This document shows positions 1 through 13,689 of a stretch of DNA of 64,000 nt, in pieces (within the stretch, counting starts at the first letter, position 1; the number at the start of each line of letters is the position of its first letter). Below the pieces are notes generated by a model. That model made no database searches and had not been told where the DNA came from. It saw nothing but the letters and a program-made list of their open reading frames with translations. The DNA is from Octopus sinensis (Eukaryota): positions 49,662,001-49,726,000 of the forward strand of contig NC_043007.1 in the NCBI RefSeq assembly GCF_006345805.1, in the 5' to 3' direction. The position numbers and the translations under genes were made by a program.

Positions 1-119
1 CCTAGAGTAGAAAAGAATATTCAGATGGCTTCCAGTGCTCGATATCAAATAACTTTTTCTCAATTAAAACTTTAATCGCTAAGACCAACACTATTGACTG
101 TTCGCCAATACATCAAGAG

Positions 120-400
120 TGAAGGCACGTGATTTAGTGGTTAGGGTATTCGATTCAAGATCGCAAGGTCGTAAGTTCGATATCCAGCGGCACGTTGTCC
201 TCTTGAGCAAGATACTTCATTTCACATTGCACCAGTCCACTTAGCTGGTAAAACAGTAGTATCTGAATTTCAAAGGACCAGCCTCGTCAAGGTCTGTGTC
301 ACGCTGAGTCTCTCTGAGACCTACATTAAGAGTACTTGCATCAGTGGAGTGCTCAGCCACTTGCACTTTAATTTCATCGGCAGGCTGTTCGGATCAAGAA
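120..400 (+). mobile_element. tRNA-derived CORE-type SINE
   Basis: A-box-like tgatttagtggttagg and B-box-like gtaagttcgat, then a CORE-like tcttgagcaagatacttcatttcac...ccagtccacttagctgg; homologous to 32748 and 55690. Confidence 0.75.
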
Positions 401-477
401 ATACATCAAATTGTTCCTGAAAAGGGGGTAAAAAGGCATAAAAATCATCAAATTTAGACCGAACATCCTGTACTACA

Positions 478-646
478 ATACTGGCCCCTTTGAATTATAG
501 CTATTACTCATTTTTGCCAGCTGATTGGACTGCAGCAAGGTGAAGTAGAGTACCTTGCTCAAGAACACAGCGCGCTGCAGGAAATCGTACTCATGACTTT
601 ACGGTCGCAAGCCGAATACTCCTAACCACTGAGCCACGCACCTTCA
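478..646 (-). mobile_element. CORE-type SINE, inverted relative to the copy at 120
   Basis: Reverse complement reads tgaaggtgcgtggctcagtggttagg...ttcttgagcaagg. Confidence 0.7.
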
Positions 647-1159
647 TTCTCTTAACCGTAGAGAAAAGGAGTGAAGCGATAGAGACAGAGAAAGGTAAGC
701 AGTAGTCATTTACAATGGCTATTAGGCTGAAATACAATCGATCTTTTCTAGCTTCTTTACTTTTAACAATGAAGAGGGAAAGACATTTAGTAATGAATGA
801 GGGAAAGTCTTTCAGGTGTTTACGTTTTTATTCTGGAATTCTAGAACGATCGAATGTTACTTGTCTCTTCTTTCCCCCACCCGCGGTACTTATTTTGCCT
901 TCTTTCTTAGTTCTTTATGTCTTTTAGTTGGGGGGGGGGGGCAGGTTCTTTTTACCAGGTACGTTTAACGTTTTCTCTACAACCTACAATCAAGCCCGCC
1001 TCCTTTCCTTTTTTTTTTTGTCATGTAAAAACTTATGCAAATTTCGAACGGGATATAACTGTGAAAAGAGCCCAGAAAAATGGGTAATACCCATTACAAA
1101 ATGGGTGGAGTAGAAAAGTTGCCAACAGGTGGCTACACGAAATTCATCTCTATAATTTA

Positions 1160-1240
1160 AAGAGCGTCTTCTACTATAGTCTCAGGCCGACCAAAGTCTC
1201 GTAAGCGAATTAAGTAGACAGAAACTGAAAGAAGCCTGTC

Positions 1241-1291
<51 letters not shown>

Positions 1292-1430
1292 ACCGTTGCT
1301 TGACAACCGATGTTGATGTGTTTGCGTCCCCGTAACTTAGCTGTTCGGATTCAATTTCCTCAACAAAAGGGTGGTGCTCCAGCATGGTCACCATCAAATC
1401 AATAAAACAAGTAAAATAATAAAAGAATAC
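1160..1430 (+). mobile_element. SINE family B (internal microsatellite), 5'-truncated
   Basis: gtcttctactatag...ggccgaccaaag...gaaactgaaagaagcc-(TG)n-...ccccgtaacttag...gtgctccagcatgg; same family at 24640, 38620, 39890, 44830, 52385. Confidence 0.75.
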
Positions 1431-1670
1431 CAGAAGAGTGTTGTGTACCACTAAACCAAGAAGGGTCTTTGAAAATGTACTTGGTATTTTAAGGCTAAAT
1501 ATTAATTCTGTTTACGTTTGCGTAACTGGGATATTTTGGTTGGATTATATAGTTCTCAGATTTACACTTCTTTCTATATTCTATAACTGTCACGATATAG
1601 AAACATTTCTCATGGCACCAGTACACAATTTGCAGATGCTTATATTTTCAGCTAGTTGTTATTATTATTA

Positions 1671-1853
1671 AGCCGGTGAGCTGGCAGAATCGTTAACACG
1701 CTGGACAAACTGCTTAGCGGTATTTCGCCCGTCGCTACGTACTGAGTTCAAATTTCATCTTTTTGGGGTCGATAAATTAAGTGCCACTTAATTACTGGGG
1801 TCGATGTAATCGACTATCCCCCTGCCCCAAAAGGTGGACCTATAATAGAAAGG

Positions 1854-1860
<7 letters not shown>
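1671..1860 (+). mobile_element. SINE family C with (ATT)n tail
   Basis: Head gccggtgagctggcagaatcgtt...ctgagttcaaatt...ggggtcgataaattaag; homologous to 4341, 56615, 60720. Confidence 0.75.
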
Positions 1861-1902
<42 letters not shown>

Positions 1903-1916
1903 TTTAATCTGCATGT

Positions 1917-4232
1917 TTGTTACAATCACTTGCCGAGACACACCCAGTGTCCTGTGATGAGTGGAGGATAATAGATGACCGGCTCAAATTAAAGGCCCCA
2001 AGACATGACGGTAAAAAGCAAACTCTGTTACAACACCAATTTAAAAATAAATCAACACCAATATCAACATCTTCATCACAAGAAACCCATTTTACAAAAA
2101 CATTCACAACCACAAAAACACGAAAACAAAAAGAAACACCCGAAAAACAAAATGACCAACAGTCACACTCTCGGGTAAGTACTTCCTTCATCTGCTTCAC
2201 TGTTGTTCAGATGAGCAACATTGAATTGGTGGGGGAAGTAGTAACAACAAAAACATTACAACGAGAGGAGGTTTTGCGGAACTACTCCCGAAGATTCCAC
2301 CGGACAAGATGTTAATCCAAACAGAAACGGATACGTATTTTGATTTGAAACAGAAATTCCCCAGATCATTGGAAGGTTTACTAAGTACCCCCACAAAAAA
2401 GCTTCTCAGAAAAACCCTTCCCCTCCCCCCTCAACAGTCAACCCTGAAGACCAAGGTGCGTAACTCCATTTTCTTTCCTCTAAGTTAAATGGTTACACTT
2501 AGAGTTGGCTGTGTAAAATGTTCGGAGCCTGTTGGAAGCAGGGTCACCTGCTCGACAGTCTCAGGTCTCTAAATTTAGATGGGACAGCAATTAGTAAGAC
2601 GAGAATTGCCAGGAATTGACTTGTGATCTGTCGAGAGCGGTGGCGGTGTAGCAGTGTGATTCTGAAAATTCTAAAGTCTGAAAGTAAGGGGAGTTTTCTT
2701 TGAACTCGGACGGTAGCTTATTGGTTCCTGATGTGAATAGCGGTTAAAGTGGTACCTTTAGAGTGGTGGCCGAGCTGGGTAGCCAGATTTCTTCAAACGT
2801 CTAGAAACATTCCTGGGAACGTCGCGCACTTTAGTACTAATGGGGGAATGGAATAGTATTTTGGACGTTCAGAAGGACTGTGTTGGTCTTGTACATAACA
2901 GAAGTGGGTGTAAAAGCCTCGAAAACCTGCTCAGAAATTTTCAGCTGTCTGACAGGTGTCGACTGAATTTCCCTGATGTACCAGTGCAGACAAGGAGCAA
3001 TCAGAATGGGTCATTCAGATCGTATCTAGTTAAAGTATTTGTTAGGTCAGCAGATAAGGATAACATAGGGTGTCCACAATTCAAGTGGGTCGGCTACAAT
3101 GATCACAAATTTTTGATCTGCACAGTCAATTTAGATAGTACGCTCATATAGTACTCGGTTACTGGAAGCTGAACGCGTCTTTTCCGGTGCGCAAACACTA
3201 CAGGAACCGGATTAGCGAACTAGTTAAGCGGCAGGTGACGGGGGCAATTGTCACCAACCTGAAGAGGGCGGTTAAAGCAGAATCAATAGAGTTTAGCAAA
3301 GAGTTAGCAATAGAAAGAAAGAGATTAAACAGAGAACTAGTTAACAAGCAACAATAGGCAACGAAACAGTTCAGTGTCCGGTACTTGCTGACTTGCGGAG
3401 TTATGTCGAACAGCTGTTGTCGCGTGTGGGACACATCCGTCTGTCGTCCGAGTTGATAGTGATTTCCCTACCGCCCTCCTTTAACCGGGCTGGCAGGGCA
3501 GTTTTTCTTTACTTGGTGGCTGTGGCAAAAGAGGTTGCCTGATGAACGAGGCTGAAAGGAATGAGCACAGAAACATTCCTCTTGAGTAGAGCCTTCATCC
3601 CCTTTTTCAAGTTTCATTTGAAAAAGAAAGTGAGGGTGGAGAGGGATGTGCTGTCCTCGAGTGAATTTATGAAAAAGTGGGTGAAAGTTGCGATAATGAC
3701 TGGAGTGGATGGTACCGCTTTTAGTGTAGACCTGTGAGTCGGAGGAAAGGAGTTGGAAAAGGCATTTGTCTTTGGTATTCAGGATGATCTTGGATGGTGG
3801 GGACTTCTCGATTATCCCTAGAGGTCTTCCTGTATCAGGCGGACACCACCATCACTATCACATTTTTCTTCTTATCATTGCTTGCGATAATGACTGGAGT
3901 GGATGGTACCGCTTTTAGTGTAGACCTGTGAGTCGGAGGAAAGGAGTTGGAAAGGGCATTTGTCTTTGGTATTCAGGATGATCTTGGATGGTGGGGACTT
4001 CTCGATTATCCCTAGAGGTCTTCCTGTATCAGGCGGACACCACCATCACTATCACATTTTTCTTCTTATCATTGCTGTATACTATGCATACTTCACTTCT
4101 TTTCGTGTCTACTATGTATAACGCTTCTTTTTTATAACATTCCATTATATCTAAACACCCACAAGTTATGTCTGTCTTTGTATTGCCCTCCTCATCCTTC
4201 GCTCTAGGGGCAAATAAAAGAAATCATTATTA
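1917..4232 (+). mobile_element. Tx1-like L1-clade LINE, decayed, with the RT domain deleted
   Basis: Probable ORF1 tail (1917-2460); ORF2 from ATG 2489 with AP-endonuclease motifs (VGCV-NVRSL via frameshift, LVLMGEWN, RSYL, DHK) and the post-EN GYWKLNAS motif; then directly the ORF2 C-terminus (ETVQCP...VAVAKEV..TR...KWVKV, stop 3735-3737), a 3' UTR and an aataaaa/(att)n tail. Confidence 0.8.
3688..4075 (+). repeat. 194-bp tandem duplication
   Basis: 3688-3881 and 3882-4075 differ at one visible base; ttgc at the junction. Confidence 0.95.
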
Positions 4233-4269
4233 TTATCAATATTATCATTGTCATTGTTGTTGTTATTGT

Positions 4270-4340
<71 letters not shown>

Positions 4341-4500
4341 AGGCGGTGAGCTGGCAGAATCGTTAGCACGTTGGATGAAATGTTTACGTTCTGAGTTCAA
4401 ATTTCGTCGAAGTCGATTTTAACTTTCATCCTTTCGGAGTCGATAAAATAAGTACCAGTTGAATACTATGAGTTGATGTAATCGACTCATCCCCTTGTTG
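4341..4500 (+). mobile_element. SINE family C
   Basis: aggcggtgagctggcagaatcgttagcacg head between (TAG)n and (ATT)n tracts. Confidence 0.75.
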
Positions 4501-4506
4501 TTTTGG

Positions 4507-4575
<69 letters not shown>

Positions 4576-5033
4576 CGTTATTAGTGCTGCTTTCGTATTT
4601 TTCAAGTTGCTGTTGATGTCGTGGCTGTTCTTATATTTTGCTTTATTTATTTATTTATTTATTTAAAATATTGGAGGGGAAATGTCTCTCGGAAAAAAAA
4701 AATTGCTTGTTATTTTTTTATTCTGTCAATGTTGTTGTTGTTCATCTTGTTGTTGTTATCATTTCAGCTTAGAAATACTAGAGGGTAAATGGCGACTGCT
4801 GACGAAAAGGTTAACTGTGTTTGTTTAGACAAGCAGAAAAAATGCAACAACAGCAACAACGACAGTAAACTAATATAAGAGTGACAGGAAAAATTATGTG
4901 TATATGTGTATGTGCGTGCGTGTGTGCGTGTGTGTGTGTGTTTGCAAATACATGTATATATATATATATATACATATATACACACACAAACATGTATATA
5001 TATATATATATATACATATATACACACACAAAC

Positions 5034-5077
<44 letters not shown>

Positions 5078-5370
5078 GTGTGTGTGTGTACGTATGTATA
5101 CTAGTCAGTGTAGATGTGGCGAAAGAAGTGGAGGAGTGAAATGAGAATAAGTGTAAAATGAGAAAAAGTGATAAAAAATAAAATGAACTAAAATATAAAT
5201 ATATGAAAAGAATGAGATAAAAAGAGATTTAAAACAAAAAAAAAACTAATCAAAATAAATAAATGAAAAGTCAATAAAAGAAAAGTCAAATTAATTATTG
5301 TTAACTACTGGTCAAATAACGGTACTCTCACCCTCCTTACTTTTCTCTCTCTGTATATGTGTGTATATAC

Positions 5371-5422
<52 letters not shown>

Positions 5423-5530
5423 GCATAATTTACACACACATACATATAACCACGCGCACACACCTATCAAATTACAGGCATTCCATGAACATACACACAC
5501 ACATGTATATATATATAAATATGTGTGTGT

Positions 5531-5581
<51 letters not shown>

Positions 5582-5775
5582 GTGTGTGTGTGTATAACAC
5601 GCCCTTCTAAATGTATAAATGTAGAGGATAATGCTTTTGTGTGTATATTAGTGAATTCTAGAATAGGGTGTGGTATAAATAGCAATCTAATTATAGTTTA
5701 CGTGTGTTTATTATATATATATATATATATATATAGATAGATTATATAAATAGATAAATAGATAGATATACATAC

Positions 5776-5824
<49 letters not shown>

Positions 5825-6008
5825 CATACATATGCATACACACACATAAATATATAAATATGTACAAATACATATATATATATGCGTATATATATGCATA
5901 TATATATAGAGAGAGAGGGTGAGAGTTGTGTATATAAGTTATACGTACATATATGTACACAGAAATGTACATGTATGTATATATGTTTGCATGTACAGCC
6001 ATACGCAC

Positions 6009-6075
<67 letters not shown>

Positions 6076-6465
6076 TATATATTATATATGTACATATAAG
6101 TGTAGAAAGAAAACAAGAGCACTGATTATGTCCTGTAAAATACGTAAGGATATGTTTGTGAGTGTGTGAGTGCGTGTGTTGGTGTGTGTATGTGTATCTG
6201 TGTGCGTGTTGTGTGTGTGAGTCTGTATATGTGTTTGTGTGTGCGTGTGTGTACTAATAGTACACACACGCACACACAAACACATATACAGTCTTTAAAG
6301 ACTTCCTCGGTCGTCTGGAAGGTCAGGTAAATTCTTGCACGCCTGTGAAACTCTGTGTTAAATCCGTGGAAGTTAACTGCCAAATTTCGAATAGTGTGTA
6401 ACTGAGGGTAATCAATGAAATAATACTTTAGTATTTCTTGTCTTTATATCTACATTGTGTGTGTG

Positions 6466-6513
<48 letters not shown>

Positions 6514-6516
6514 TGT

Positions 6517-6562
<46 letters not shown>

Positions 6563-6859
6563 ACAAACGACACAATAATCCAACTGCTCATAACACAGTA
6601 AATAGTTCCAATTCTGTACAAGAAACTTAAACCAAATAAGCCAAATAACTGGTTTAGGAATCATGATATCCTCTGGTCCAACCCAGTTTCAGTTCGCATG
6701 TTTCAACCAAGTTCGCAGGAAAATCTTTTGCCGCTTTAGACAAATGATTTCAATCTACACACCGTGAAGGCCTCCAACGGTTATTAATTTAGAGCAGCAT
6801 ATGTACTGCCTAAACAATCGTAAAACGTGACAACAGTTCAATAATCTACCTAATGGGTA

Positions 6860-7820
6860 TAGCAAACATACACATCGAAAAACCAACGAAGACGCGGTAA
6901 GCCTCATCTAGGAAAACAATACATTACTTTTCAACGGGAAAACTACCTTCAAATTGAGGCACAGCTATAGGGACGCGTTTGCTCCAGTTTTGTGATACTA
7001 GGAACAAAACCTATAAAAAAAAATTAAGAGTACTACGGCATGACCATTAAAAGATATATAGAGGACACATAGAAAAGTATCTCGATGACTGTTTCTTAAT
7101 TTAGACCAAATCCCTAGAAAATATGGAAGGATTCAGCACCTGCCTCAATAATCTACACCATTGTCACAAATTCACAAGAGAAATGAGCAACACACAATTA
7201 CCACTTCTTGACATAATGGTAATTAAAAACAACACCTCAATCACAACTGATATTTATTACAAAAGCACAGATACACAATACCGAAATTTCAAATCATGCC
7301 ACCCAACACACACAAAACGCAATATCCCGAACTGTCTAGCCAGGAAAATTTGAATTATAGTAGATGATCCAAATACTGGAAACATACGACTTAAACATCT
7401 CAAAGGATTTCTGCTCAGACAAAATTACCCTATCCTGCTTAGAGAAATAGTATACAACGATCAAAAGAGACCCCTATAGAACCATTTAGGCCAACACGAG
7501 AAAGACGAACCCATCAACGAAACACGATACCATTTCTAGTGACACACAATCCGCATCACCAAAACATTTTTAACATCATCAAAACAAATTTGCCAGTCAT
7601 GAAACAAAGTGAAAAATTAAAAAAACATAACTGATCAAACACTTGCCTTAAGCAAAAGTCAACCCTAAAGAAACAATTAACAAAGGCAAAATTCAGCATG
7701 AAAAAACATCATAAAACATTCACAGTATCCAAGTTTAATGATAACAAATGTGGAACGTGTCAATACATGCATACTGGTAGATCCATTAGAACAAAAATTG
7801 GACAGAGTTTCGCAAATGCA
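6860..7820 (+). pseudogene. Penelope-like element RT fragment (RT, thumb and CxxC linker)
   Basis: Frameshifted motifs ENNTLLFNG, YLDDCFLI, FTRE...LPLLDI, TDIYYKSTDT, SCHPTHTKRNIP and the KCGTCQY linker; cut by a microsatellite before GIY-YIG. Confidence 0.85.
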
Positions 7821-7894
7821 GAGATGAACTGTGTGTGTGTGTGTAAGTATTTGTATGTAAGTATTTATATATTCATATATATATATATACATGA

Positions 7895-7967
<73 letters not shown>

Positions 7968-7968
<1 letters not shown>

Positions 7969-8533
7969 TAGCAGTATCGCCCGGCGTTGCTCGGGTTTGT
8001 TTCGATCCGCTGGAATTGTAATTTTGAAAAGTAAAAATTTTGTAAACATTTTTCTGGTCGAAATACACCGAAAAGTGGCGACACAGCAGTGAAAAAATTG
8101 TAAAAAATAGGGATTTTCATAGAAAAAAGCAGCTTTTTGATGTAAATAACTTTTGGTGTTAACATGGTCCGATTTGAATTTTATGTTCTTCGGAAGGAAG
8201 AGCAAGCCTTCTTCTATCATACTCTCAATTTTGGTCAACTTGTGCCGCAGGGTCTCGGAGGATATAGTGTTAGTTGAAGGCTACCAAACCTGCCATACAT
8301 CTTAAAAAATAGGGGTTTTTCATAGAAAAAAAGCACCTTTTTGATGTAAATAATTTTTGATGTTAACATGGTCCTATCTAAATTTTATCTTTTATGGAAG
8401 GAAGAGCAAGCTTTCTTCTACCATACTCTCAATTTTGGTCAACTTGTGCCGCAGGATCTCGGAGGAGATAGTGTTAGTTGAAGGCTACAAAACCTGCCAC
8501 ACACAGACAACTTCAGCTTTATATGGAGAGAGA
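7968..8533 (-). mobile_element. non-autonomous Helitron
   Basis: Minus strand starts A|TC and ends with hairpin cccgagcaacgccggg then CTAG|T; internal ~200-bp duplication 8102-8295/8304-8499. Confidence 0.8.
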
Positions 8534-8549
8534 TAACACACACACATTA

Positions 8550-9340
8550 ATACACATACATAGACACACACACACATGTATGTATGTATGGATGTATGTA
8601 TGTATATATGTACATCTGTCCACTTCTTGCCATATTTTTATCCTTCACTTCCTACACACACACACAGACACACAGACACACCTTATGTATGCGTGTATGT
8701 ATGTGTGTTTGTATGTATGTATGTATGTATTTATACACACATACATACACACATACATACATAAAGTGCATACATACACACATGCATACATACACACATA
8801 CATACATACACACATACATACATACACACATACATACATACACACATAAATACATACATACATACATACATACATTCACACATACATTCATACATACGTA
8901 CATACATACACACATACACAAAAATATACACACATCCATACATACATACACACATACATACACACATAAATACATACATACATATATACATTCACACATA
9001 CATTCATACATACGTACATACATACACACATACATACATACACAAATATATACATACATCCATCCATACATACATACATACACACATACATACACACATA
9101 CATACACACATACATACACACATACATACATACACACATACATACATACACACATACATACATACACACATACATACATACACACATAAATACATACATA
9201 CATACATACATTCACACATACATTCATACATACGTACATACATACACACATACATACATACACAAATATATACACACATCCATACATACATACATACATA
9301 GATACACACATACATACATACACACATAATACATACGTAC
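8550..9340. repeat. compound (TACA)n/(CA)n microsatellite with higher-order units
   Basis: Direct reading; explains the THTYIH/MYVC ORFs. Confidence 0.95.
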
Positions 9341-9399
9341 ACACCTTATTAGCTTACAATTTCTTCCTGTCAACAATTGACAACAGAAGTATGCTCGCC

Positions 9400-10186
9400 A
9401 ATTAATACTACCAAAATTTAACGACAGAAAGTAAATTAAAAACCAATTTACCTTTTCTGTATTGTTATGGCAATTCGACCGTCGGTGTGCTTTTGCAAAT
9501 GTGTTCGAATGAGAAGCGAGTTGTGTTTGGCGCCTTTTTTACTAATAACAAACACACACGTGTCTGTATGTGTGTATGTATGTATGTGTGTATGTAGTTG
9601 TTTGAAACGTTTGTGTTTGTCACTGTCATATATGTATGTGTATGCGTGTGTATGCGTGTGTGTGAGGAATGGCAAACCAGATAGACAGCGCGCGAAGTTC
9701 TTTTGAAGTTCGCGCTCCGCTTGTGTGTGTGTGTGCGTGCTTTAGGTGTACGTAGGTATGTGTTTTTGTGTGTGTGTCACTGAAGCCATACATATATACA
9801 TACATAACCTCTCTCTCTCTTTTCTCTCTCAGTCACTCACTACAAAAAGTGAATTACTTTCACTTTAATCGTTGCACACTTGCAAAGAGAAAGGAGGAGA
9901 AATTAAGGTGATAGCGTCAGTGAAGCAGTTCGCTCCGTTTGTGTGTGTGTGCGTGTGTGTGTGCTGTAGCCCACACTAAGAAAAGCACTTCACTTACACA
10001 CCACAATGTGAGTTTTCTCTAAATTTTGCTTAATTGGGGTTGAAAGTTTAAAAACCGGACCTGGCACGACCCGATGCATTCTACTCTTAAAAATGCTAGG
10101 TAAATTGTAATTGAAGAAATCATATATTGTAGATTTCTATAAGAGACAAAGGGAGGCAGATAAAATCTGCCTTTTATAATAAGAGA
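9400..10186 (-). mobile_element. Helitron-like element, 5' end only recognisable
   Basis: Minus strand begins A|TCtcttattataaaagg, like the other Helitron starts here; no 3' hairpin/CTAG found. Confidence 0.45.
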
Positions 10187-10226
10187 TATACATGGAGTTT
10201 AACGCAGGTATAATTCAAATACTTTT

Positions 10227-10315
10227 ACTTCTGACACATGTTTCGAAGATATGACTGATATTATTCCAAACTAATAAAATGATGTAAAACAATGTAATCT
10301 TCTCTTTAGGGAAGT
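10227..10315 (-). ncRNA. degenerate type I hammerhead motif
   Basis: acttcc-CTAAAGA-gaagat...atcttc-GAAAC-atgt-GTC-agaagt; G5>A. Confidence 0.55.
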
Positions 10316-11448
10316 GAAGAAATGAAACTCGACAATAAGATATTTTAACAGAAAATGATGGATATGTATAGTGATTAACTGAACGCTATTAATATTGTTT
10401 GAAAAAACGTTATATGATATAAAAAGGAAATTAATGTTTAAATTATATGTAATGATAGAGATTACTTATATGTAGTTATTTATATCGAATTATTAGAATG
10501 AAGAAAAGTTTTTGTTGTTCAAGAAATGGAACAATGTTATGACTTCACCTGTACATGACGTTCAATTTTTCCTTGGCGATTGATAATTATCTATGCGTAT
10601 GTGTATAGATACATAAGTATATGGGCCTATATAATAGTGCATATACATATTTATATGTATATGTGTGCGCGTGTGCATATATCTATATACATATTTTTCT
10701 TTCTCTCACTGATCCATCAACCCACCACTATCATTTTAGCTAGTACAATAGATGCCTACGTCTCTTTTTAGAAACCTGATCATTATATTTTATTATTTTC
10801 CCTCCCTCTTTGAGATTTACTACTCATTTTTAGTACACTCACCCGTACCATCTTCTTTACCTATCTCTCCACCTTAGTACCTTTCAAACGTATCACCCTC
10901 GTCTCACACATATTCCTTCCTTACATTCTTAACGCTTCCTTCTATCCCTCCTCCATTTCTTTTATCTACTGATAGCTATTTTCACCCCTCCCCTGCACTA
11001 TATCTTATCCACCATCTAGCACTACTTGTTTTTATTTCTCTTTCCTTTCTTTCTGTCTTTCTTCTTTCCTCCCCTATTCCTTTTGACCAATACCATTCCC
11101 CTTTTAACATTCATATCTATTCTCTTTTCTCTATCTACTTACCCCTACGATAACTTTCTCAAAATTTCACTCACACTACAAGACCCTTTTGAATGAACAG
11201 CACATGGAATTTATTGTTTGCACACTATCCATCTGTAATAACAACATATGAACTCCTATCAGGACTTACCATGGACAAGAAGGCTTTCTACTCATTCTAC
11301 ACAGCACGTTCCTTGGTTAATGGAGCTACAACTGTAACATCCAACATATATCTTTATTTTTATTCTGTTATTTCCCTTTATACTTCTTTTATCTCTTCCT
11401 TTCCAAAATAACTTCTAATGTTGAACTCTACTATTTAACTTTCTCATA

Positions 11449-11499
11449 TCATCTCTGTTGAAGGGATACCCTCATATTCCTGAAACAGCTGTAAGGTTA
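11449..11499 (+). ncRNA. type I hammerhead motif with one core mutation
   Basis: atct-CTGTTGA-agggata[ccctca]tattcct-GAAAC-agct-GTA-aggt; 7-bp stem II, A6>U. Confidence 0.65.
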
Positions 11500-11705
11500 C
11501 CTTTCTCTTCATAAACGTCCTAGAAATTTTACACTGCCTTGGCTTTACTGTTTCATTTTAGTTAACATATACACGCTCACACACGACCCGTATTAAACTC
11601 CTCACTCATACTATTATTGAACCGAGAGTCTAACTACGGTCCTTCTGCTGCACTTACATAACTTTAACCGCCACTTTGGGTCTTCTGCATACCAAAACCT
11701 GTAAG

Positions 11706-11736
<31 letters not shown>

Positions 11737-13525
11737 TGTATGTATGTATGTATGTATGTATGTATTTATGTATGTACAGTCTTTAAAGAGCTGATGGTCA
11801 ACTATTTCTTTCAGCTTTAATATTCTGTTTCAACAAGTGACAGTAAGTTTTCCTTTTTATACCTGCTCATTTCAAACAGTGAGACTCTAAGCTTCTTTTT
11901 CATGACTGTTCATGTCAACATTAACTTTGTATGTGAATATTCCGTGCCTTCTCATTTGCCTTAATGCATTCTGTACTCGTGCGTTGTCACTTATGGAGCA
12001 GATTGTGAATTTGACAGCTTTTCATTTCCCCAAATTTCAAACTTAGCAAAATAAATTAGTCTCTATGTTTAATGCCGCCCTCACCACCTGGTTCTTGGGT
12101 ATCTGAAGTGGAGTTGTTATATTATTTAGGACTAGGTCTCTTGTCCGAAAATAAATCAATATCTTAGAGTTCTGTCTTCTATTGCTACTTCTTATGGTAG
12201 TTTCTTCCTCACCAACCGGCACCATTCTTAATGGTCTTTTAGGGTACTATCTTACCTCTTCTGAGTGAACCATTGACAAATTAAATGTATTAGACTACAT
12301 GTTTATGCAAGAGAAATATCAAAACAAATGAATTTTAATGTAAATTTTAGGTATTATCATATCAATTCCTTACTTTGTCTTCTGTTTATCAGAAAAATTC
12401 TTCCAGAGAGATTCATTAGTTTCAAAACTAAAATAGAATGAAATAAAATAAAATAGTGTTATATAAATTCAAATTCTTTTCAAGCTACTAAAATATACTT
12501 TAGTAATCACAGTTGTAATATAAACCACAGCATTTGTTTATAGGGGAAGTTAGGCCTTCAAAAGCCAAGCTATCATGATGGATTAGACGAAATTCATCAG
12601 CGCAAAATAAATATAAATACATAAATAAAAGGGAGAAGTGAGAAAAGGATAAAGAAAGACGGAATGCATGGAAAATATCATTAATTACATTTTATCTTGT
12701 AGACAGATATTTTCTTATCCCATGTATATATATCATCACTTAAAGACAAGATAAATCTAATGCGCTGATATGAAATGGTATTTAAATGTCAACCGTCTAG
12801 CCTCATTATTAAATAAAAAGATAAGAAAATGACAATGAAGAGAATGTTGAATGCACACCTGAGTAAAACATAGCAAGCCCTTTTGATGAAATCTCAAATT
12901 ACCGTCTACTCAGGTGAAGTGTTATCCATTGTTTCATTAAACCCAAATTTCATCGTCATTTTGTAATTTAGGAGTGATGAAGTGGCTGCAAGTTTAGAGC
13001 GTCCAATTACATATCATAGAAGTACTGAGTTTCATTCCATAGAAGTACTGAGTTCAAATACGGATATAGTCGGTACTTCAACTCAGCTATGTATTCCTTC
13101 TTACTTTGAAATATCTTCAATATAATGGGGTGAATGGGTGTCACCTCAACGAACTCTGGATCTCATATCAAGATAAACAGGGCATGACCTTGCAGGTGGT
13201 GCCCAGTTAGAATTTTCTTCAAGTCGATAAGTCCATCTCGCTCAAATGGTCCGTGAATAAGGGTTGCTTAAGGATGTTCAACGAAACACACATTTCCAGA
13301 TGTGAATATTTCAAACTCTAAAGAATTGCTCTCAACACATGGCTATGATGCCCCCCAACTACTTCTGCTCGTGATCAGAGATGCGCATATCGTCAGCCAC
13401 TAAGGGACATGCTCAACTGGTTAAGGTCAAACAACTAACAAGCAAATATGTGGTATTGAGTAGAATATTTGCTGTAGCCCATCATTTATACCTTATTGTT
13501 GTTGTTGTTGTTGCTGTTATTATTA

Positions 13526-13605
<80 letters not shown>

Positions 13606-13627
13606 GTTGCTGCTGCTGCTGCTGCTG

Positions 13628-13675
<48 letters not shown>

Positions 13676-13689
13676 TTATTATTATTATT

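Larger units (their letters stand above)
10190..11700. mobile_element. two PLE-derived terminal fragments in head-to-head orientation
   Basis: Left end atggagttttaacg...gacacatgtttcgaag resembles the PLE termini at 45185 and 49801; an HHR motif near each end on opposite strands. Confidence 0.55.

Noticed and set aside
120-200. tRNA-like A and B boxes (also at 32748 and 55690)
   Set aside because: SINE heads that continue into CORE-like bodies; no complete cloverleaf.
4764-6664. Many ORFs rich in YI, CV, HT or MYVC (also at 8.5-9.3, 28, 40, 42-44, 51-53, 57 and 61 kb)
   Set aside because: They are translations of (TA)n, (CA)n, (TACA)n and (TAGA)n microsatellites.
662-11842. Plus-strand micro-exon candidates 662-694 and 11815-11842
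   Set aside because: Splice-like signals of this quality are expected by chance in 64 kb, and no coherent reading frame links them.
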